Source of the DNA: Chrysomallon squamiferum
Taxonomy: Eukaryota; Animalia; Mollusca
DNA: 64,000 bases
Assembly: GCA_012295275.1 (NCBI GenBank)
Contig: CM022673.1
Coordinates: 11,098,001-11,162,000, forward strand
Direction of reading: 5' to 3'
A model generated the notes under the pieces. That model made no database searches and had not been told where the DNA came from. It saw only the letters and a program-made list of their open reading frames with translations. The position numbers and the translations under genes are program-made. Below, piece after piece: positions 47,992-63,888 of the stretch; position 1 is the stretch's first letter; each line of letters starts with the position of its first letter.

Positions 47992-48582
47992 TTTCTCTCT
48001 CTCATGGATACTAAAGATGTAGGTGGGGAGATTTATGTTGGGACTATTATTATTATTATTATTATTATCATCATCATCATCAGTACATTTATTTTATTAT
48101 TTTTATTTATTTTTATTTTATTTATTTGTTTGTTTTTGATTGTTTGTTTTTTGTTTTTGTGTTTATTTTTGTTTATTTGTTTTTTGTTTTTTTATTTGTT
48201 TGTTTACATACATTTATTTATTTATTTGTTTTTTTTTTGTTTTTTTGATTTTATTTTACTTTTTTACTTATATTTTTAGTTTTTGAACATCTTAATTTTT
48301 TAAATTTTTATTATTATTATTATCATTATTATTATTATTACTATTATTATCATTATTATTATTATTATTATTATCATCATCATTATTATTATTATTATCA
48401 TTATCATCATCATCATCATCATTATTATCATCATCATCATCATTATTATTATTATTATTAACGCATGGTGATGTTGGTGTTGTTGTTATTGTTGTTTTTA
48501 TTATTATTAATAGTGGTAGTGGTAGTAGTAGTAGTAGTAGTAATAGCAGCAGTAGTAGTAGTGGTGGTGGTAAACTCTTTCG

Positions 48583-48850
48583 GTTTCGGTGGCTCAATGG
48601 TTAAAGAATTAGTTTTGTTCATACTCGCTTCTGTTAATCAGAAACTTTGACCACGTTTCGAATCCAGGTGATTGTGTTTGTAGAAGAAGATAAGAATAAA
48701 CACACACTATACACGCGGTTGATCCCACCCCACCATTTTTAAATGCATGTCAGGAAGTCTTAAGTCTTTCAGTGATGGTTTCTCAGACCTCTAAGACCAT
48801 CCCCTAAATTTGGTGACTAAAACTTACGTAGGGTCACTTGGAGACCGTTC
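48583..48850 (+). mobile_element. tRNA-derived SINE-like element
   Basis: Pol III A-box TGGCTCAATGG (48590-48600) and B-box-like GTTTCGAATCC (48655-48665); no cloverleaf. The 3' boundary is approximate. Confidence 0.5.
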
Positions 48851-49409
48851 TCTGAATTATCTGTCCCTGAATTAACGTAGGATCAAATAAATACAGCGAC
48901 ATTTTATTATTAAAAATAACCTGTAAGATCAGCCCCTGAAACTGCCCTGAATCTAATGATACAGGATGAAATAAATATAACTATTTTATTTTTGAAACTC
49001 TTGTGACATTAACCGCGTTCTTTTGCAGCGAGAAGATCAAGGAAGTCGTGCTTTCAGTAAATGGAATCTGACGTCTGCAAGTTCGATCAGTTTAAAACAA
49101 GCGAGATAAGACGAAATTTCAAAACGAATTTCAGTGCCAGTGTTACGAGCTGCTCCGGTCTCACACATCTAAAAATGGCGGACATGTTTCAGCGAGATTA
49201 ACGTTATCGAGTTATTTGTCGAGTTTTTGTTTTCGGTTTATGATTCGTTAAGTCCCCAGCCACTTTACATGACAAGAACCAATCTGACAGAATTTCTAAA
49301 CGTCACGAGATTTCGACTTGTTTTTACCGGTGTTTGAAACAAACAGAATATCATATGATATAACGTTTTTCTATGCGGACAGAAATAATGAGAAATAAAA
49401 GGTATACAT

Positions 49410-49471
<62 letters not shown>

Positions 49472-50254
49472 TGTTGGATTAAACTCTGGAGATGATGTCT
49501 GAATTGGGGATTCTGATGGTTGTGGGGTAGTGCAGTAGAAAGATGGTTTACCTTTGTAACAGATGATTATTTCTCAGAAGTCGAAGTAATTAAGTCTTTT
49601 TGTAATTTGTTAATCAGCCTTAAAATTAGGAAAAACCCTTCTGATTATCGAGAGTAGGAAAAACGCATCAAATTGAGTATAATCTTTAGTCTGGACTTAG
49701 AGTTTGGGGAAATATTTCGCTAATAAATACATAAATAAATAAACAAATAAATTTACGAATGAATATTTTACAAAAAATATAATAACAAAAATAATAAATA
49801 AATAAATAAATGATTTAAAAAAATGAAATAAATAAATAAAAGGAAATGAAACGTAAAAAACTCACAAATAAATAAAAAAATAAAGATTACTGATGAGGGT
49901 TTTAATTTTTTTTTTTAATTTTTATACTGTTGCTATTTTTATTGTTATCATCATGGTCATCTTCAACATCGTTGTTATTATAATTATTATTAATTATTAA
50001 TCTGCTTCTTGTTATAAGTATTTCTGTATGTAGCAGGTTTCTAATTAAGGAATCTAACACAGATCAAACTGGAAGCACGCAACAGGTGTCCATGACTCCT
50101 GATATCACACAAACATGTAGGGGCTGTGTAATTCTCTTATGGCAGATCACTGAACCCCGAGAAAATCTGACAGAACCAGATACACTAATAAACAGAATAA
50201 TGAGAAGAATACATAACTGACTTTTAGAAGAAAAAAAACAGAGGCGAAGACAGC

Positions 50255-50770
<516 letters not shown>

Positions 50771-51724
50771 GCGGTAGTATCTCGTTCAGAAATAAACACA
50801 CACACATTTTGTGGCTGTAATTTGAGTCTAGATTTAAATAACCCGCTGTGTGATTGTGTTTGTGACAACCCCCGTCATTCTGAAACCTTCCTACACTCCG
50901 GTCACATTGATTAACATCCTAGAAGGGGGAAAAAAAAAAAAAAAAAAGTAAAAATAAGAACCAGATGATATTTTCTTCCCGAGATATTAAATCTGACCCC
51001 AAGAGCTTTCTAATAAATAACTGACAGCTCTTTACATTGTCTGCGACAGCCAAACACCAACAGCAGCGCCACGACGGTGGCTGTCTACACAACGGCAACA
51101 ATGGCGTTGGCGTTTCGACAAGGGCGAGTTGGACGAAGCAATGCAGAAAGCTCCAACACGAATTATTATTGAAATTTCAGGTCAATGTATTGGTCCCGTG
51201 GACTTCTATTTGACGTTGTGGAACGTAATTGAATACATGTCTCTGCAAGACGATTTCATCTGAATTTTAAACATTTTTCTGGCTATTTCGTCTGATCGTT
51301 TTGGATCCCAGTTTATTAGCGTTCTTTTGTTTGACGAAGCGAAGAAAAGTGAATGTTGAGATCAACGGCGAAACGTTTTCCTGTAATGTCGTCATCATGT
51401 CGTAGCAAATAATTAAAGTTTTGAAGATCCTACACAGGTCTTAAGATCGATCCATCGCGTCGGATTCATAGATTTAAATTGAGCTAGACGTCTGAGAATT
51501 TATTTGAATTAAAATGTGAAAACACGTCTTTTGTAATGGATGTTTGGTGTAAAAGCATGCGGCTTTTGTGCAGTGATAATACCTGACATGAAACCCGATG
51601 TCATCTTTATGTTACTTTTAGTAGCGCTGTGATACACGAGCAGTCATTCTCTGATCTTTAAGCTGTTATCCATTACAACATGTGTGTGTGTGTGCGTGTG
51701 TGTGTGACTGTGTGTGTGTGTCTG

Positions 51725-52244
<520 letters not shown>

Positions 52245-52271
52245 ACGATTTCTCAAATCTGATTATTTCAG

Positions 52272-52607
52272 TGTATCATCACAGTTACATTTTTCAACGC
52301 TCTGTTTTCTTGCTCTCGATTCCTGTAAACAGAGTGCTAACAAACGTAGTATTAACGACATCACTAATCCCAGACGCTCCTAAATCATTCCTCGACATCT
52401 TGTTTGCTTCTTCCACGGCCCAGTGCACATCAAGCGTGTCCGTATCGTTCGGAACAAAGCACGTGTTCTTGGAGGGCCGGCGAGCTTGTTGAAACTCCAA
52501 ACATCGATGTTCATTTCCCTGGCGATATCAACATCAGTCAGTTCATTAGCAACAGAAAGACTAGCGGAACTCGCCGAGCATTGGTTTTTGTAACCGTCGT
52601 ATTTAAG
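52272..52607 (+). other. probable non-coding (5'UTR or lncRNA) exon
   Basis: 336-nt complex, CpG-containing island between microsatellites, bounded by ttatttcag| and AAG|gtaagt. All three + frames contain stops. Confidence 0.4.
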
Positions 52608-52749
52608 GTAAGTGCCTTTTCTCTCTTCTGGTTGTTGTTGTTGTTGTTTGATGATGATGAAAATGATGGTTCGATTGTTTTATTTAATGGTGCTAATGGT
52701 ATTGCCATTACTAATCAAGAAGTACTACCACTTTAAATTATTTTGTTTA

Positions 52750-52767
52750 TACTACTATTACTACTAT

Positions 52768-52813
<46 letters not shown>

Positions 52814-53078
52814 ACTGCTACTACTACTACTGTTACTACTAATAATACTGCTACTGCTGCTATTACTGCTATTACTACTACTATTACTGTTACTGCTACT
52901 ACTGCTGCTACTGCTACTACTACCACTATTATAACTACTACTACTCTACTACGTTTGTTATTACTTCTACTACTACTACTACAACCATTTACTACTGTCA
53001 CTACCATTGCTGTTGTTGTTGTTATTATTATTATTTGTGTGTGTTTCTTATAATAATAATAATAATAATAATAATAAT

Positions 53079-53115
<37 letters not shown>
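52750..53115. repeat. (CTA/CTG)n and (AAT)n microsatellites
   Basis: Directly visible. Confidence 0.9.
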
Positions 53116-53116
<1 letters not shown>

Positions 53117-53654
53117 CTGTAAAAATAATTTAAAATATATATATTGTTTCAGTTAGTATATTTATTTGTTAATATTTTTAGATTTCATAAAAAATATTTA
53201 CTAATATTATGACACCGAAAATGAACGAAAGATAATGTATGTGTGCACGTTTGTCTGCCTATGTGTGAAACTGAACGCGTGTGCATGTGTGTATAAGAGA
53301 GATACCAAGGCAGAAACAGTAACTCATTTTATTCTGTTAAGGATACTAATGTGTTAAATAAATCATTATATCCTCATAACATGAGCTGATAAGGAAATTT
53401 GACTGTAATACGCACTTCAGCGAGACATTTCATTACATTCCAGAATTAAAAGTGATCAGACAATCGTAAAATTAACCTTTCAGCTTTACTGTGTTTTTCA
53501 CTCAAACTTAACTCGCAGAATTCTGTACATCGGCTGTAATATCTGACTATTCAGACAGTTTTCATTAATAGATAAATAAACGTTTGAAAACGGTCTTGAA
53601 GTTGTGAAGTTTGTTTCATTAAAGAAAAATAGACTTGTTCCATTATAGAGATTT

Positions 53655-54015
53655 GAAAAGTGTTTAATAACATTTAAGAATATTCGTTCTAATTTGGACT
53701 TTAGAATATTCGTTTAATTTGAATATTTTAATAACATTTAAGAATATTCGTTCTAGATTTGACTACAAGTGTTTAATAACATTTAAGAATATTCGTTCTA
53801 AGAATTTGGTTCTATTTATAAGTGAATAACATTTAACAAGTTCGTTTTTAAGAACATTTGCGAATAATATTTAAGAATATTCGTTCTACATTTGACTACA
53901 AGTGTTTAATAACATTTAAGAATATTCGTTCTAGATTTTGCAATATTCAAGTTTGACTCAAAAAAAAATATTCGGCCTAGGTTCAGCGTTCCCCTAGTTT
54001 GACTACAAGTGTTTA
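53655..54015. repeat. minisatellite, ~45 nt unit AAGTGTTTAATAACATTTAAGAATATTCGTTCTAGATTTGACTAC, ~8 variable copies
   Basis: AAGAATATTCGTTCTA and TTTGACTACAAGTGTTT recur repeatedly. Confidence 0.9.
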
Positions 54016-54042
54016 TTTTTAAGCTATAATTTTGGTAATTAA

Positions 54043-54112
54043 AAGAAACAGAGGGTTGAGATGATGTTATTTCGAACAAGAAACAGAGGGTTGAGATGAT
54101 GTTATGTCGAAC
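54043..54112. repeat. 35-nt direct tandem duplication
   Basis: AAGAAACAGAGGGTTGAGATGATGTTAT(T/G)TCGAAC twice, with 1 mismatch. Confidence 0.9.
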
Positions 54113-54307
54113 AAGCCGAACTTTCCCCATCTTCTCTGTGTGATATCTGTGTTGTTGTTAGGTAGGGTTACTTCTAATGTGGGTTTTAGTAGCGGTGAAA
54201 ATTTCGATTTAAACACAACTGAGTACCACACACTTAGCCTTTCAAGTAACTTGACCAAGGAAATAGATAAATAGATTAGATACATACATACATACATACA
54301 TACATAC

Positions 54308-54398
<91 letters not shown>

Positions 54399-55371
54399 TG
54401 ATACATAGAGAGATAGACAGACATAGATTTAACGTTATTAAATATTGTTCACTGGTGAATAAATTGATCTAATTATCCAAACAACCAAAAGGCAACAATT
54501 AAAGTAAACTAATTTCTTAGCAAAACAGTTTTCACCGTAACGACGTCACAGTTACCATCAACGGCACATTTTCACAGAGAAACGTCGTTCAACACGCTGT
54601 TACAATTAGCAACCTCAGAATGCACAGTTTTATTAGAGCCAGCATCTCTGATCCATTTGGCAGACGTTCCAGAAGAAATTTGGTGCGGTTCAAGCCGTGG
54701 TTAACCGTGTCACGTGACCATCTGTTGAAGCAAAGAAAGTGCAGAATACGTAAATTTATGTCCAGATTCATTCACGTCTTAGAAAATTTTAACCACATAG
54801 TCTGGAAATGAAGCCTCGAATAATATTTTTATGAGATATTGGATTGAACTTTCAAGAACGTACTACAAAGAATTGGGAAGATAACTTTTTATTTTATTTT
54901 ATTTTTTATCTTTTATCAGTCTAAATGGTTTTATTTCTCAGATTATTTTCTTCTTCTTCTTCTTCTTCTTCTTCTTCTTCTTCTTCTTCTTCTTCTTCTT
55001 TTCTTTTTATCCGTTTATCACATTTGACGTTGGTTACCACATTCCCCGCTTCTTCTTAATCTTCCGTTTGTAAGCATCACCTGTCGAGTCACAGATCTAT
55101 TTCTTGTAGTCTGAGTAAATACAATAGATAAGTGAAATGTTTCAGGTGCGAATCCGTCGTGTTGGGAGATTACGCTGAAGGCCGAACGAGTCCGAAACAA
55201 AAAAATTTTCTTTCTCGTTTTAAACTGCCGTTTTCTGATTGCATCCATAGTCATTCAAACATTTAAATTGTGTTAAAGTCCACCGAATATTTAAACTTAT
55301 CTGTCTTAGTAAGTGAGTCTCAGAATCTGGCTTATCTCCCTTTGGTAGTTTTAGAATTTATGTTTTTGAGA

Positions 55372-55663
55372 GGTATCCCCCCCGTTTGTTACACATCCCG
55401 TTTGTCAGACACATTATAACAACGCAGATCATGGCTGAATGAACTGATAGTCACATGTCTTCTACCTAGCAAGCAGTTATTATATAACAAACAATACATG
55501 TAGCACTAGGTCATGCATTAGACTGTTACAGCACGTATCAATATATAAACGTATTTAGCCAAATTCAGCCGGTGACTGTTCCACTAATATTATAGGGGTT
55601 TGCTTAACTACTCCCTAAGTTGACTGTGTAACAAATGGGACGTATAACAAATGGGAGACAACC
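55372..55663. mobile_element. MITE-like element with internally repeated imperfect TIRs (possibly Merlin-type)
   Basis: Left end GGTATCCCCCCCGTTTGTTACACATCCCGTTTGT; right end reverse complement GGTTGTCTCCCATTTGTTATACGTCCCATTTGTTACAC. The flanks TTTTGAGA and GTTTGATA match at 6/8. Confidence 0.6.
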
Positions 55664-55879
55664 GTTTGATAATTGCATTTAGAAAAATGACACTTTTAGG
55701 GCTTTTGCGTATCGCTAGGAATCGTAACAAGAAGAATACTTACTACTCATAAAGCAGATCACTTAACCTTACAGATGTACATAAAGACACGTGTTGTATA
55801 TTTATCAAAGCATGTAACACCGACTATTTTGTTTCATCCATTTATTAACAAACCTCCGACAGTCTGAAGGTGGAAGTTA

Positions 55880-56230
<351 letters not shown>

Positions 56231-56704
56231 TGGCCGTCGGGCACACCTCCCCTGTAAAAGAATTCTAGACAGGCGCCTGCGCCCACTGTTACATTCGGAC
56301 AGCTTAATTACGTTTCTGTTTTTGGCTGGGCAAAACATTTAGTAGTGAACAGTTAAAAAAAATGTTGATCGCTGTATTTGCGTAAATATGTGGAAACTAG
56401 AAATGTTAATGAATAAGTGGAAAAAATGTTGATGGAACATATTTTTAGGCCGAACTATACAAACTCGAGTCAGGACTTCTATCAGTATCTTTACAGTTAC
56501 ACGAACAACAGTAGGCTTTGCTGTTTGTGCGTGTACTGAAAAAATAGGAAGAACCGAACGTAAGTGATGTATATTGTTGTAAGGAAGACTTATTTGTTCT
56601 GTGATAAAGATATTTAGAAAAGATATTTTTGTGTGAGGTAGTGCAAACAAATCGACCTGGTAGAGAGATGTAAAAATTTCACGTATGTGTGCCTGTGTGT
56701 ATAA

Positions 56705-56741
56705 ATACATACATACATACGTACGTACGTACGTACGTACA

Positions 56742-56774
<33 letters not shown>

Positions 56775-56925
56775 TCATACATACATACATCCATCCATCC
56801 ATCCATCCATCCATCCATCCATCCATCCATCCATCCATCCATCCATCCATCCATCCATCCATCCATACATACATACATACATACATACATACATACATAC
56901 ATACATGCATACATACATACATACG
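56705..56925. repeat. (CATA)n(CGTA)n(CATC)n compound tetranucleotide microsatellite
   Basis: Directly visible. Confidence 0.95.
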
Positions 56926-57228
56926 CATATACATATATACCTAAAACCGCTGAACTCAAGGTATAAAGAAACAAAGAGACAAATGATTTAAATTATTTAT
57001 TCAGATTATTAACTATATTTTTAAATCAGTGTATCCACATCTATAAACTGTCTGTTTTAGTACATTTCGCTAAACCGCTTTAGGGATTGGTCGCACTGAA
57101 ATAAGATTTTCTTAAATCGATAGAGTTAATTTGATATAACCATGACATCTTGTTTTCCAAACGAATGATTTAAAATGCTTCTTTATGTTAACTTCTTAAA
57201 ATGTAAATGTTAAAGTGTATATATTTTA

Positions 57229-57279
<51 letters not shown>

Positions 57280-57546
57280 TATAAATAAATAAAATAAATA
57301 AATAAATAACCATAACTATGCCGTTCCAGAATGGTTTGGCATCATCTATATAATTACAGTTTAGTTTTATTTATTTATTTATTTACAGTTTTGTAATTAA
57401 ATATTGGCTGATCCATGGTTTGTGATGGGGATGGTTATTGGACTGAATTAAACATTTCAAATACTCATTTATAAATATATGCGCTTCGGTTTCTTTTTGT
57501 GATGATAACTTTATTTGAATACACGAGGAGAAAACTAACATAGATA

Positions 57547-57593
<47 letters not shown>

Positions 57594-57806
57594 ATATACA
57601 GATCTCAGTGTGCAGTCCTGATTCTTCAGTCCTACTCAGTCTGAGCATGCTAAATCGTCATAAAACTTTTCCACAATTGTCATGTGAACGAAACCGTTTA
57701 TTGTCTGAATACTGCTTGGAATTTTCACAGAGAGAAAACGTCCACTTTTATAAAACAACCTTTTAATGATAATATCGATGTCGATACTGATGATGAAGAT
57801 GAAAAA

Positions 57807-57837
<31 letters not shown>

Positions 57838-58082
57838 ATACACAGAACTCCGTGATGTAGAAAATTATAAATCTCGATTGGCTCCTGGTCAGTGTTTATT
57901 AGCGTAACTCTTCGTGATCTCCAGATGGCCAGTACGTGCATCTCAGCCTTGACCTTTGATGACCTTTTCACGATGTACGATTAGCGTGCATCAAGCACGT
58001 TTTACTTACGTTTAAATATCTGACGGTGATTAAACAAGACTAAACCGATAGCTTACCTCCGTACTGCGTCATAAAATATCAC

Positions 58083-58141
<59 letters not shown>

Positions 58142-59757
58142 TCACACTCACACACACACATACATATATTTACACCTGTCTCAACATCACACACACTCAC
58201 TCACACACACATAAACACCCTCACACACACGCACACCCTCACACACCGTCACACACACTCACACTCATACTCACACACACACACCCTCACATACTCACAC
58301 TCACACACACACCACACACACACACCCTCACACACACCACACACACACACACACACCCTCACACACACACAGACATATATATGTGTGTGTACGTACATGT
58401 TTATGTTTAGTGTTATATTGGTTATTTGTTGTTCGGCGATGTCATGAAATTCCCAGACTGGGTTCGTACAAAAAGGATCGAACCGTCTGAATCTCGCCAC
58501 AGCCAATATTCACCAAATTCATTTCCTATTTCTCTGAAGCTGGACCACTCTGGTTATTAGCCTTATCGTCTGCTTAACGACTCTTTGTCGCTTTTTCAGA
58601 GAGTCGTTATTCCGCAACTAATAGATGGCGACTCCAATAGCACAAGCCATTGCTAAGACATAATGCCAGTTCTTAGATTCAGGACAGAGAACAAATTACA
58701 GGTTTGAGATCCACAGTAAGGTCGAATTTACATTACGTGGCGAAATGTTTGTCTTGGGATCTGATGTAGTACCGCAATCCTAGTCTGACAAACACATGTA
58801 GGATCACAATGCCAGGTTACTGAGCAAAACTGAATTGAGATTCTAATACTAAGAGCCGCTCGGTTCTATAGGGATTTTATTCCTGTTCTATAATCTGCAT
58901 CGGTTCACTATTTCGCTATGGGGCTTTGATCACTCTTCACTGAATTTTTGTCGAGACAGTTTTTATTTATAATCATATGACATCTAAGTCTGTTACATTC
59001 TGTTCACAGTCTGGAAAGTTCTTACGTGCACTGAAGGTTCAAGTATATACGCTAAGAGCAATCAGATTTATGGGTAGTGTGTGTCTAAAGGAAATGTATA
59101 TATATTATATATTTTTTTTTTTTTTTTGAATTTGTGTAGATAGTACACAGTTTTAAACTTAATTGGATGTTCAGAAAATTCATGCACGCCTCTCATGGAC
59201 AGTCATTCTAGGGACTTGATCAGATTATCCGCGACAAAATTATTCGTTGCGAATTTTAGTACACTATGTTTGTTCGAAAAAAATAGGGTGTATTGTCTGT
59301 AAACTTTCCAAATATCAATGAACTCTTGCTGCCTGCACCGAGAGGCGATCCGGGAACGTAACAGCTATAACACTGATAACACGACCGTTACGAAATGTAG
59401 GTAAAACATGTGTTGTTATGAATTTGGTTCATGGCGTCACGAAGACTGATAAAAATGTAATTATGTGATTTGCTTATCTGCGCCAGGCCGCCAGCCCCAG
59501 TTTGACATTCTCCAGTATGTACAGCTTTACGTAACAGTCGAGATAAACAAGTCTTGTTTTGTGTGCCGTGCGTTTTTCGTTACATGTTCAGGGATGGTAA
59601 TTAGTCACAGTGGTGTTAATTAAGAAACTTGAAGAGTAGTTAATTAGTAATCAAGTACTATGTGAATATCTACGGTCGCTCACCCATGGGTGTTATTAAT
59701 ACAAGTAATAATAATCATAACAACAATAACAATAATAACAACAAAAACAGCAATACC

Positions 59758-59793
<36 letters not shown>

Positions 59794-61422
59794 AACAATA
59801 ACAATAACAATAATAATAGTGGTGGTGATGATAATGATGATAAATAACTAAACTGATATATTTCAGGATGAAATGATGATAACAATACTGTTAACGGTGA
59901 ACAAAACTGTGACAAAGTTTAGTAAAAATAAAAAAACAATAATAAAAACATAAATACAGTAAGAGAATTGGCTGAAGGAAATCTATTATTACATCAACCA
60001 AAATATTTAAGAAAACATAAGATCCAAACATTCACAACAGCCACTTAATCAAGAAAAAACAAAGGAATACTCAAAGACGTAACTTTTCATTTGTCTGTTC
60101 CGCCATCTTTAACGGAAATCGTTCTTCTGTGTTTCAAACCACTTAACAGTTGTCTGCCCTTGCTATCTTCCGCTGCCGTCAATAACGGCTTTTGATCTTA
60201 CGTAAGTTGAAGACGACCACGTTGGAAATGTCCTCACATTGTGTAATATCGTCTGCGTAGCCTTCAGGAACGGAGGCTATTTGGGTCGAGTGCTGAACAC
60301 ATTCTTGCGTAAGATTTTTTTTTTCTGGCTTTATTAAATAACACAAGCTGGTAGACCGATGCTGCAAGATGTGGGTCACTTTTAGGCAATGATTTTGCGC
60401 CAGGGAAATGTTACAGACATTGCTTGGAAATATTTGTTTTGGGTGAATTATAATTTCCTATAGTGATGAGGCTATGTTTGAAGTCGATGTTAATAACTGG
60501 AGAAGGAATTTTATTAAAGAGAACTGTTAATTCGTTCTTTGATTCTGTACTCTGTGACATCGTTTACATCATCATCATCATCATCGTTATCATCGATATT
60601 ATTATTATGATGATTATTATTGGCTACGTTGGCATGTCATCTACAACTTAAAGGGCGATCTACAAAAATTATTTATTGTAATAATTAAAGTCAATTCAAT
60701 TCTTTGTATTGTTTTAAAATATACAAAGAATTTTGCATTCTTCTGACTTTTCCTTCTGGAAAACAACCCACCCCCACAAAACAAACAAACAACCCAAGAT
60801 TTCAAAAAACATATTTTTTTAAAAAAATGACCCTAACAAATCAACAACAACACTACACACACAAAACAAATAAAAAAATAAACAAAACAAAACAAAATAA
60901 CAAACATAAAAAAAAAAACCTACAAAAAGCCAATCAAAAAAATAGTGTACATTACTTTTCATTTCTTTTCTTCTTTCTTTTCGACAAACAATTCAGTGGG
61001 TCCGTTTCTTGCATTCTCATATAGGTTCTTTTTTTTTTTTTTTTTTTTAACTTCTGCTCCCTGTGAAAGACAAAAGTCTAATTTTCAGACGATCAGACAT
61101 CCATCGCAGGCTTTTCTCACGAGGAATTAGCAGACGCCGAATTGATGTCGTTGTTAATGCCTCAGTCCCAGTACCGCAGTAAATAACTCGAGTAAGTAAC
61201 TCCTGTGGGGACATTTTCGTCTGTTTTCGGTACCAGTAGACACAGTCGTCACTGACAAACTGCATACTTACAGCTCGGCGAAAATTACTAAACACCTACC
61301 GATCAGCAGAAGCCGACTTCACGTTATTGATGCTACACATACACGAGAATATCTACGAATAAATAAACTGTAATAGTATATATATAAATAATAATAATAA
61401 TAAAAATAATAATAATAATAAA

Positions 61423-61453
<31 letters not shown>

Positions 61454-61585
61454 AAAATAAAATAAAATAAAATAAAATAAAATAAAATAAAATAAAATAA
61501 AATAAAATAAAACAATCAAACAAACAAACAAATAAATAAATAAAATAAAATATAATCTATGTAAAATATAATTAGAAAAAATATA

Positions 61586-61631
<46 letters not shown>

Positions 61632-61899
61632 GAAGAAGAAGAAGGATATAAAGAAAAAGTCTTAAATATCAGAAAATAAGAGTTTATAACAGACACTACA
61701 AGAGTAATTCTACAGCTCGGCTGAGAAGATGCTGCCTGCCAGCTGCTGACTGTTGTGTAGAATATTCTGTATGGATGACCGCGATACGTAACCTGGTTCG
61801 ATAGCAAATCTGTTAAAAACATCTTCGAGTCCGCTATAGAACGCTGTAAACATCGGCATTTAATTCAAAAAACTTCTCTGTGCTGTGACTGCACTTTTT

Positions 61900-62160
61900 C
61901 TTCTTCAAAATACCGGTTTAAATTTTGATCGTAGTTTTTAATTCAAAACACTGAAACAAACTTTTATTTCAAAATACTTGTATAAATTTTGACTTCGGCT
62001 ACAAATTTTGAATTCAAAACAATGAATTTTAAAAATACGGAATAAATTTTGACTACAACTTTTATTTTAAAAAACGGTATAAATTTTTACTATAACATTT
62101 ATTTAAGAACACTGGTATTCATTTAGAAGTTTTATTTTCAAAACGCTATCGAGTTTTTAA
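61900..62160. repeat. degenerate minisatellite, ~35 nt unit (ATAAATTTTGACTACAACTTTTATTTCAAAATACGG-like)
   Basis: Recurrent AAATTTTGAC / TTTTATTTCAAAA blocks. Confidence 0.65.
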
Positions 62161-63489
62161 ACAATTGTACAGCAAGTTATCCAATTACTTGTTTGCATGG
62201 CACAATATACTAACTGCTGAGTGTTTATAATGACATATGTTTGCCATGAATGCTTACATGTTATATTTCATTATGGATATTTACATGGGATTCACGTTTG
62301 CATAATGAGAACTTTGATTTATAATGCGCATTTACAAAAATGAGTTTACATGAAAGCCTATTACATTTCTATTTACATGGACACATAATTTACCTAACTA
62401 AATGTATGTTGTTGTTTTTTTTCTTTGTGTCGTGATATTACAGTTACGTCACTTGATCTAGAACACTGGAATGTTACTCCGTTCTAGATATCGTAGAAGT
62501 AAACAGACAAAAGGTCAGTTTTAAAGAAGACCGCTCAAAAACAAAAGAATAAATAACAATTCAAGGTTTCTAATAATACATTAATAATACTAAATTATTT
62601 ATCATCAGTTTTATTATAATGATGATGATTATGATGGTAATACATAAATAAAAACAACAGTAAATAAATATTGCAGTAATTATAATAAAGACATCAAAAA
62701 TAAATAAAACCAAAACCAACAAAAACAAAAATAAATAATCACCAAGAAAAAAACTACAACAACAACAACAACCAGACTTAAAGAACCATGCCAGTTTCGA
62801 TAACGGACAGGTATGTATCCAATCTTTTTATATACATACTGCTTCGCAAAAATGAAAATGATTAAGTACGTAAGTAAACATTAAAGTTTCGCGAAAAGAG
62901 GGCATTATCTTTTGAATGGGAAATGCAGAGAATGGTTCAGTGAGATAAGAAAGATATCACATTCTCGTAGAGTGAAGTCACGCGCTTTTCTCAGACTGTG
63001 CAAGCCATCCAGCTTTTACGTCACTGCTCTAACAATGGGTTAGATAAAGCGGATAGAGTTACCTACCGTGCGCAGCGACCTCTGAACTGCCGGAGAGGGC
63101 GGAAATAAGTAGATGAAATTACGTCTCCCAAGTAATCACAGATGACATCATCCGAGAGATACGGAACCAATCCGTTTCGTGAACTGTCGTAAAACGATTT
63201 GGAAGTTTGACGGAGTGTGTCAGGATATGTGCAAGTTTAGTGACAAGTAAAACGTTAAAAAAAACATTAAAAAAAACATTAAAAAAAAAAAAAAAGAATG
63301 AAAAACAGCAGAGGATGTTTCAGTGCATTTGGTTGTCATTATCTGTCAGTTTTGGGGTTTTGTTTTGAATGTCCTGAGATGACCAATATGACAATAACTT
63401 AAAGAGACTGCAGGTATGTTTCCCTTTTGTTTTTCGAATATTTTCCCAGTGTGAATGTACTCTGATGATACTAAAATACTCCTGATAGC

Positions 63490-63760
<271 letters not shown>

Positions 63761-63857
63761 TAAACTTTCTAAACTTTGGCGATTCGATAACACAGGCGCT
63801 ATGGAGATTCTTAAAAAATATAGTGATGTTAACAGTATTCTTCCTTTTCTTCTTCTT

Positions 63858-63888
<31 letters not shown>

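Noticed and set aside
48583-48670. tRNA gene
   Set aside because: A/B boxes are present but there is no acceptor or anticodon stem; treated as a SINE head.
52294-52500. Minus-strand 68-aa ORF (MEFQQARRPS..)
   Set aside because: TTG start, closed shortly upstream by a stop, and the splice signals favour the + strand.
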